Positions 48,890 through 64,000 of a stretch of DNA of 64,000 bases are shown here, piece after piece. The translations under genes and the position numbers were made by a program. Each line of letters opens with the position of its first letter. Position 1 is the stretch's first letter. Location: the NCBI GenBank assembly GCA_030141605.1, contig JAQGDQ010000219.1, forward strand, positions 186,001-250,000, written 5' to 3'. This stretch comes from Tubiluchus corallicola (lineage: Eukaryota; Animalia; Priapulida). The notes below the pieces were generated by a model, which saw nothing but the letters and a program-made list of their open reading frames with translations, was not told the origin of the DNA and ran no database searches.

Positions 48890-50027
48890 TTTGAAAGTAA
48901 CAGCTCGTATCATTAATCTATAGGTTGCAAAAATACATCAGACATACATGGCTCACAAAGACATGAAGCCCACGGAGAACTTAATCTAAGTAAACAGAAA
49001 AATAAATTGAATAGAACATATCAGCTAACTTGTGTCATATAAACCCATGCTTGAGAAATGAGTTTCATGTATAAGTGCTACTATATATTAGGCATACAAT
49101 AAATACTATTATTAACTCTTATCATACTAACATGTAAATACGAGAACTCATATCTAGAGTGCTTGGAAAATGCCATCCATAGTATATTACACTAGGTAGG
49201 TAAATACAGTGCATTTATAAGTGCACATGCAGGGTATAGGACCTATTAACATAATTTCATTCACATAGATAAAAAGTAAAAAAAGAATGCACACCCCCTA
49301 GGTAGCAAAATGCAAGGCCAATTAATTAGTTTTCATCTCTTAAAATTGCTTACATTCCAATTTTTCAACTTGCTTTTTTAATACCAGATGTTAAAATAAC
49401 AAAGTATTGTATACAGCTTTTATTTTAAAAAATGACACATTTCGTACATTATTATTTTTTCTTCAGTATTTTCAAGATCATACTAGGTTGTGTTTTAACT
49501 ATTTAAATAATTATGTGTATTTTCACAAAAACCCATATCAACTTATTTATCAAAATGCAGCATATTTTCAGCTGTAAGACTTTTAGAAAGTGAGCTGCTT
49601 TATAGTGTTTCAGTTTCAATGCACAGCTATCATTATTTTTCCAGAACAAAATTGCGACAAATTTAAAAATAGTCATTCAGAAGCATGTATAATTATTAAA
49701 TGTAAAAAGACTAACATTTTGGATCGACCAGAAAAAGATGGATGCTAAGTAAAAGGCGAGAAAGTGGACGACTGGGAAAGGTCAACCAGATTGATTTCAA
49801 CTCTATTGCAAATCACATTTAATGGAAACACTAGGCTACACTAGACTAGTAGCTAGGCTATGCACTGATATCCCAAAATTTTTTAGCTACTTTTATGTTT
49901 TTGGGAGCAAGTTAATTCTTTAGTTTTCTAGTCGATGCAATGAAGACATGAAAAATTGAAATTTGGTAAATACTGACCAACTAAAAATTGATAAAGAAAT
50001 ATTTTACTCTTTACAGAATGATCATGA

Positions 50028-50460
50028 ACATTCTGTTTAGATCCCGAAATAAACCAATTCAGACGAACCACGATTTAATAATAGACCATAAAGTATTACA
50101 CGTGTAAAAGAACTGAAATTTCTGGGATTAATCCTAAATGAGCATCTAGACTGGCGACCACATATATTCATGATCAGATCAGAAAATATCAAAAAATATA
50201 GGTATTATGTCATATATGAAAACTTCCTGAACGCCGAACATCTTCTAACATTATATAACAGTTTAATGTTATCATATTTAAATTACTGCACAACATTATG
50301 GGGCTTTACTTATACTACAAATTTAGAATGCTTAAGAGTTTTACAACGAAAATTTTTACGTGTAACCTTCAAACTAGACAAAAGGAGCACAATTACTTCT
50401 ACACATTTTAAGCAATGTCAGATACTACTACTGGATGATGTTATTAATTTAAATGGATTT

Positions 50461-50491
<31 letters not shown>

Positions 50492-51146
50492 AAACCAATA
50501 ACAACTTATTTCCAACTTTTTTTGAAAATCCAGTCAAGGTAAATGTAAAAAAATACAATACCAGACATAAAGAACAAATATGGTGAAACATTTCATTAGC
50601 TATATGGGACCAGTCCTATGGAATAGACGGAGCCACAATTCAAAATGCAGTCACTCCCTTTCAACTTTTAAAAAACCTTCAGAAAAGAAATATTTCAAAA
50701 GCATGTGAGAGTAACACAGTTTGATAATGGTAATCACCTGCATTCTTTTTCTACAGTACAGTAATCTTAATAAAACGTGACTATGCTCAACAGGTTACTG
50801 AACACTTTATAATCATGATCACAGTTTTTCTTAGTTCTCGCTCTGTTTCATCTTTCATTCACTACTCCCCCCACATTTATGTATATATTATCATTATTTC
50901 AATTATTAATCCTCTCTTTAAGATTTGCACGTACAGTTTGGCCTGTCAAGCTATGCTTTTAGGCTCAAACTGTATGCATCAAAATTGTTCTATAATGTAA
51001 TTTGCACGTGTATATGCCGCATAAGAATCTCTTTTGTAATTTCTGGATTATATTGCATTTATATTTATATTACTTCAGTGGAAAATTATCTGTATTTTTA
51101 GTATAACTGTAAGATGCAGTGTGGAAATAAATAAACTTAAACTTAA
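50028..51146 (+). mobile_element. 5'-truncated, degenerate CR1/L2-type LINE (ORF2 C-terminus, 3' UTR and tail)
   Basis: Translation KELKFLGLILNEHLDWRPHI...LLTLYNSLMLSYLNYCTTLWG...LRVLQRKFLR is typical of the post-RT region. It is disrupted downstream and ends in an AATAAATAAACTTAAACTTAAA tail. Confidence 0.8.
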
Positions 51147-51306
51147 AGAAACATTCAACCAAGTTGGTCCTTGTTCCTTAGGAAATATAATTAAAAGGAA
51201 ACTTGATTTGTATGATTTACGTTTTTCCAATAATTTATGAATGCCTAATTACAGTACCTATTACTACGACAAATTACAAACCTATTTAGGCACAAACCAT
51301 ACAAGC

Positions 51307-52198
51307 TGTTGGGAGCCGAGTGGACCACTGAGCCAAGTAGACCAATTGGTCTACTTGGGCTGCCCAAGTAGGACACTAGAGACAGTCGCGAATTGAGTCG
51401 TTAAGTGTACTGACACCGTCCGTTGTGCTTGTTTATGTAATAATAATAATTAAAAACGTTAGTACACGTTGAATAATTTATTATACATCTAATAAAATAA
51501 AAGAATTTTATTCTGAGCTGGTAGAACGGACAATATTAAATTTGGTTTTGATATTAATGTTGTTGAAGTGAAAAAAAACCACTTTTTTGCGAATTCAACA
51601 TTTGTTTAAGGTATATCATTTTTGATTTTGTCTCACTTCACAAACAGGTGATCCGTTTCACTACCTCTTGGGCAAATAATTGTTTTCTTATAAGTAAACG
51701 TTCTAGCGATCTATGTGTCCTACATGGGCTAGCGAGCCATGTAGCACAGTGCCCTACATGTTACAATACTACTGATAATATTAAAAATTACTTTTTGGTG
51801 TTGTGAAGGCTTAGCAGCATCTGTCTCATTTTTAAATTTGCAATTATTTCTGTAATAACTGTGTGCAGAATTTCTCTCTTTAAAGCATTAGATACTAGGT
51901 TTAATGTTATGATATATTAATGGAGTTAATCATAATGATGAAATTATTGTAAGAAATGCATTTGTAAATTGCCAAGGAATATCCATTTCTAAAAGAAATT
52001 TTGTTTTATGCTTTATTATGTCATAACAATACTTATAAACAATGGTAATATAAACTGGAAACAAGTTTTGCCAGAGCAAGTTTCTCGACAAAAATCGCTA
52101 GTGTCCTACTTGGGCTGCCCATGTAGGACACTACTTTTAGCGCATCGGTTTTACCGGAAGTGGTCTACTTGGCTCAGTGGTCCACTCGGCTCCCTACA
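51307..52198. mobile_element. Non-autonomous TIR DNA transposon with TGT...ACA termini (Ginger2/TDD-like)
   Basis: 38-bp terminal inverted repeats (51307-51344 and 52161-52198, one mismatch). 5-bp direct repeat CAAGC on both flanks (51302-51306, 52199-52203). Subterminal palindromes; no transposase ORF. Confidence 0.8.
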
Positions 52199-54373
52199 CA
52201 AGCGCAAGCATAGTTACGTACATAGCTGACGCAAAGAATCGGGACCACAGAAAGTACAGAAATTCAGCAGTTCGAGAAGTTAGTGTCGCCCTAGCGGCAC
52301 AGCATTACGGACTATTATTGTCAGGTTGGTAAGCTGTTCTCGCACCGGTGGCACACGAATTGACGGGATGGCTTCACCAAAGCCAGACCGGTCGACAGGC
52401 GTTCATTACTGCACAGCAGTGAGTTGAGAAAACGCAAATAAATTGTCAGAGGATAAAGCCAGGTAATTATATCAAAATGTTAATTATAACATAGTATTAA
52501 AATATGACGTTAAATATGTTAAATGTAACATTACTACAACACAGTTTTGTAACTTTTGTTACAAATTAAATATTTGTACACTAAGCAAAGATTGCAAGGC
52601 CTGCATCTGTCTTTGGTGATTTGTAGCAGCTGTGATATTTTTTAATATTATTTAAAGCAAGAATAAGGCACTAAGAATAATTATTAGTTAAAATAAAAAC
52701 TATTATATTCATACCTCATGAAAATTGGTAGGCTTATTTACAAAAGAAGATAAGAAAGTTTATCATAGAGAAAGTTTGCAAATATGTGGCTGATGTAGTA
52801 TTCTATTTCTGGAGAAATATTTAATCAAAAAAACATTCCCATTTGATATGTTTTTCTCGAAAAATATAGCTGGAAAAATAGCAGTCCTGGCTCTCCTGTC
52901 ATAGAGAAAAATTTTAGATTTTTTCAGAAGACCAAATAAGTAATCAGAATTAAATTAATCTAAACATTTGCATGTTTTGTTAATTCCGAGTTAAAATGTG
53001 TATAAAAAGCATATAATCATACTGGCCTTATATGTTATGTGCAGACATCACTTATATTTAGCCTAATTATTTAATATTCACTTAGGCTTATGACAAAATA
53101 AATGTTTATTAAAATATATTTTGCTTACTTGTAAAAAATATACCTGTATAATCATTTAATGTGGTCGCACCTATAGACTGTCTTATTAGTTATTGCTCCT
53201 TACTAATAAAATGCCTGTGGCTAAATCCACTGACAAGTACTGTGCCCCAAAAAATCTAACGCCTTTCAAAATTTGACTTCTAAGGTTTCAGCCTAGTTAG
53301 CTCATTGGTAAAGCGCTCCTCTGTGTATATGTATGCATTATTTAAATACAAGTCTATATGTGTAATTACATAGATTAATTGCAGAGCATGTAAATGGGTG
53401 CAGAATGTCAAATATAAAAGTAAAGCATATTCAATAGATTCCTAATCATTAAAAAGGCATTACTTTTTTACATAGTAAGCAGCCTGTCTCGCAGTCTGCT
53501 AGCCTCCTTTCTCAGAAAGAATGGTAAAATTTTACTTACAAGAACACTGAAGAAGTATTTACAAGTGCTTAATACAAACTTATTGCTGCAAGTGTTTTTC
53601 ATTTTCGTGAAGTGTTTTTAGTTTTTTAAGCTAATAATTTGCTTTTATTTGAGATATTCTTTTTTTATTAAAAGCGCAAAAGTGATTTTGGCTTATCAAA
53701 ATTGCGCGTATCCTAACACTATGGTGTATTATTATCACAGTCAATGCGCGGCTCAAAAGTTTTTAATCTTCCGCCGGTTTATGCCGCCAGCATCGCCGCT
53801 AATCGCACAAACGAAACACGAAACGTCACTTTCGTTTCCTACACTTTGGCTGACGAACGTCTGTAGCGCAAAATTATACTGAAATATCAAAAGACGGACA
53901 TCTCCAAAAAAGCGACCAAACGCCAAGGCTAAGCATGCTTTACGGGTGAGTGTTCGAATCGATTCAAACCACAAATTATAGATTCGAATAATTTGTTCGA
54001 ATAATTCAGCTCTTCAACTACACAATTTTTGTTCATTACCATTAAAGTGTTTGAATCATCATGCAATCAATGCAATTTAGCCGAGATTTTGCTGCACGAT
54101 TTTTAAACAAATTATTATTTGCTTGTACTGCAGAACAACATCAAGTAATATGCATCATCCTTGTGAGACTTATTTTATTAGCGATTCAAAGATTTCTAAA
54201 TGTTCTAAAATCGCAAATTTGATTCTATTTGAATTCGCTTTATGGCACAGAATAGCATTCTCTATTAGGAATAAGCATTCTCTAGATAGATAGGTAGATA
54301 TTTTATACTAAAAATGAAATTTTTACATGAAAATTTACATAATTAACATATATACCGGCTGGTTTTAATAATA

Positions 54374-54830
54374 CAGTGGCCGCCGCTTATTATGGACACG
54401 GTTATTGTGGACAGCCGGTTATTGTGGACAACTCGCGAGGGACGGAATTTTCCCCTAATAAAATTCGCCGGTTAATATGGACAACCGCCACTTAATATGG
54501 ACAGCGAACATTCTTGGCACGTGAACCAGCCGTGCCAACCACGGCCTGCGTGCGTGATTGAAAAGAGCTTCACGCTCTGCTGCCTGTGTGAGTCATTGCA
54601 TCAGTCAGTTCGCCGTTTGCCGTGGCCCGTGAAGGTTGGGTGCGCTCTCTGTATCACCTCGTCTGACTTCTTTTTTTCAATAAAACAGGAGACGAGTTGA
54701 TACAGACAGTTTTTTGCCTTTTTTAATGAAGGGGAAGGGTCTTCATGGGTCACTTCGCTTAATATGGACAGCCGCTTAATATGGACATACACTGCTGGCC
54801 CGAGGTGTCCACAATAAGCGGCGGCCACTG
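54374..54830. mobile_element. Tc1/mariner-superfamily (pogo/Tigger-like) MITE, 457 bp
   Basis: 26-bp TIRs CAGTGGCCGCCGCTTATTRTGGACAC with one mismatch, TA on both flanks, several internal copies of the TAWTRTGGACA motif, CpG-rich interior. Confidence 0.88.
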
Positions 54831-55479
54831 TATAGTGGGGTGGGATTAAAGCTCAGGTTATGATTTTCAGATTATACCAAGCTGACCCAACATAGCTACA
54901 CAAAGTATTTACACACATACATATATATATATATACAAATATTAAAATTATCAATTTTCGAAACGAGCATGTTATTTGGAAAATCTGTGTATCAAAAGAA
55001 ACTGTATTTGTATCAGTATAAAAATTTTTCTTACACAGTAATCACAAATGACGCAATTATATGACAAAAGCATGCAATGATAATATTTTTCTAACAAAAG
55101 CATACAATATTTAGTTCAAAGTCCTATACATATACAATCATAAATGAAATTTCGTATTTAAAATAATTCTCCGTTGAATAAATTTGCAATGTTGCTAATA
55201 ATTAAGTGTGTACTGTGATCTATCACAAGTGCATTTTCAGAGCACTCGCACAAATAGTGCTCTACTGTTTGCCCTCTGTTCAATAAGCATATTTCCCCTT
55301 CGACCTAGTTTTGCCTATAGCCAATTGTGAGAAGAGATCCTTAATTACTCTCGTGATAATTATATGTTTGTACATATGTGTTTCCATGAAAGAAGACAAA
55401 ATATTCATTAAGTTTCACAATATTTTTTACTTTTCTGAGAAACTTTTGTCCCTAAGTTTGTAAGGGATGAAAGCTTTTG

Positions 55480-56250
55480 AGAAAAATAATATATTTTTTG
55501 AAACTTACTGGGCATTTTGACTTAATCTTATGCAAGTTTCTCAACAGCACAATCTTATTTTCAAACTGTGTTCCAATACATTGGATGCACAGCTGGGATT
55601 CATTTCCAAATAAGTCAATTGTGTTTTGTATGGTCAGTCACTCGTGCATAGGTTTCTTTCATTTCTCTACATCTGTCCATACATGATCCACTAGCTGCAG
55701 TATGTTGTTACACTGTCTAAATGTCTATACCCCCTTTGTTCATCCATCGCTTTACATAAATTCCATACCAAAATAAACTGTCATCCATCATAGCTTGATG
55801 TCACGCCAATTTCAAAACAAACTCTTTTTCACCCCCACTTCAAGTGAAGGTACACCAAGTTCTAGTAAACCCACGTCATTTGTTCTAACCAGTAGAGCTT
55901 TAATAGTAGTGTCTTGTAGGATTTCTCCAATACGAGAGCACTGCCACATAGGCTTCACTTCCAAAAGTATGGACGAGAGCAATAAAAACTCTATCATCTT
56001 ACATTTTAGTCAATGTTCTTGCCTGCAAAAAATTATTACATGTGGTTGCTTCGATTTAAAATGTTCCCTAACAGCGGCATCAGGAACCCATCTTGAATAA
56101 AAAGAGCTCCAGAGTAAGTGTAGTCCCTGCAATTAACCATTCACACATTGTTAACTACTATAAGTTCCACTCTGTCCAGCAGAGAACAGTTCACCACCAT
56201 AAATTTTGTCTTCTCTGCATTCATGACCATACCCGATTCTTCGCAAAATA
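55480..56250 (-). mobile_element. Degenerate non-LTR retrotransposon (LINE) RT C-terminal fragment
   Basis: Minus-strand translation FCEESGMVMNAEKTKFMVVN...CRDYTYSGALFIQDG resembles the NxxKTKxM and YxYLG motifs. Multiple stops and frameshifts; lower boundary approximate. Confidence 0.65.
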
Positions 56251-56429
56251 ATATGAACACGTATGAATCATACAATCATGCAAAGTCATGAATCATATGA
56301 GAATTGTTTAGTCTCAGAACTTATAGTGAATTCAGATAATTATTACTGTGGTCCTGCAGATTCCTCGTGAGATATTTCCAAGGCAACAGCCAAGTAGAAG
56401 ATACCATAAAAATTAATGTGACTAATAAC

Positions 56430-56600
56430 TGTCCAGTAGACTTGAAGCCTAAAATCATCAGGTTGTAGATGTTGAGGCAGAGCATTCCACAACTCCTATC
56501 TTAAGCTAACAGCATAAATGCTTGCACTTAGAGATAAGTGCCTCCAGAGTGGATAAGAGGCTGATCTCAAACCGTTGAACCACTGTAAATTCTTCTGCTC
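56430..56600 (-). mobile_element. Short LINE 3' ORF2 relic
   Basis: Minus-strand ELWNALPQHL, matching the WNxLP motif near the end of CR1/L2 ORF2. A single motif only. Confidence 0.35.
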
Positions 56601-56799
56601 CTAAAACAAGATTTAGTTGCATTTGTTGAACATCTTTAATTTTATCTTAGTTATTCAAGTTGTTTTTGGTTTGCCTAGTGTTTTTGTAAGGTTTTAAATG
56701 GTTTCGACAATAAAACATTTAGACTCTTTGACGCCGGTTCTCTCAAAGCTTATAAATTTTGCGATTATCAGCTGTTAAGCTTGTTATCTACTAACCAAC

Positions 56800-62931
<6,132 letters not shown>

Positions 62932-64000
62932 GGACAAGAAGTTGTTTAATTTTGCAAGTGCCTTTGTTGGAATTGTTGTTTGTTAAAGGCTGATGTTCAA
63001 GCTATGATTATCATGTTTGCACAGATGTCAGCATGTATTATCCAAAACCTGAAAATGCTAATTGCATCTGTTTCACTGCGACGCTTAATTTGAGAATTTA
63101 CTTATTCTACATCTGACTTGCATTAAATCATGTTCTAATATTACTATATTAAATAGTCTCAAATAATATCAGGCTTACAATGTAAAAATGTAGCTTGTGT
63201 CTGTCAATTTGTTTCTGTCTTTCATGAAAATTATTCAGATGAGTACTTAAAATTGTGAGAACTTGAAGAAAATAGCATGAGAAAGCTGATTTTTGGTAAG
63301 TTTGTTTACTTGTTTGTTGTTGACATTTGTTGTGGTATTATATTAGTGCCAATGTTCAGTAATATTGATGGTAATTAATGCAGTCAGTATGCTGCTGGTG
63401 TAACAGATCTGATCAGTAACGCTTCGCACTTTACTATACTCATAACTGTGTTATTTTAGCAGTATTTTTGATAGGGTTCCATGTAAGAAAGTGTTGCTTA
63501 ATAACTGTGTAAGAAATAATGAGGAAATTGGCAAATTTTTATCAGTGTTTAAGATGCAAAGTTTTTAAAAGTTACATCTTATTTTGATAACTTTTGCAAC
63601 CTTAGTTAGTATGGTTAATATACAGCTTGTGTACTACTCCATTCCATTTAATATCTGTAAAAAATGAAACAGCCAGAAAGGAATTAATTTTCTGTGCACT
63701 TCAAGTTTAATTTTGATTTTTATGAGTAGGACTATAATACTTTTTTGAGCAATTTGTAAGTGTAGTGAAGTTAGTGGCAGTTGGTTTGTAAATTTGTATA
63801 GTTGTTGCCAGTTCGTGTTTATTAAATTGTAATAATAATTTGAAACTAATAACTACCAAATAGTTGTACTGTAATTTTTGGTTCAACTCAGCCATTTGGC
63901 AGAATTTCTGCTATTCCTTCATAATTTTTTTTATAGATTCTTAAAAATGTTTCAAGGACTTTTTTATAAGAAATGTTTCGTTTGCTTTGCTCAGATGTGT

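Noticed and set aside
52368-52462. Selenocysteine readthrough of the TGA at a Cys-like position
   Set aside because: No SECIS or downstream exons identified; a nonsense mutation in a relic is simpler.

Overview
AT-rich invertebrate animal genomic DNA with spliceosomal introns; there is no sign of prokaryotic operons, CRISPR arrays or rRNA. Three conserved multi-exon genes were reconstructed by hand: KLHL28 (minus strand, runs off the left edge), a 16-coding-exon ABCB half-transporter with a TAPL-like TMD0 (minus strand, about 832 aa), and ZFYVE21 (plus strand). The main observation is a small gene nested antisense in the transporter's 17.8-kb intron. It has a TATA/Inr promoter, a non-coding first exon near 28.3 kb, and a coding exon at 36265-36513 for an 82-aa prepropeptide with a signal peptide, six cysteines and a C-terminal Phe-Gly-Lys amidation signal. 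I cannot assign it to a named neuropeptide or toxin family. ZFYVE21 exon 3 lacks an in-phase GT donor. The introns and intergenic DNA also hold a TGT...ACA Ginger-like element, a pogo-type MITE, a foldback element with a nested Helentron-like insert, LINE, SINE and mariner relics, and microsatellites. Homology calls come from recalled sequences, not from database searches.
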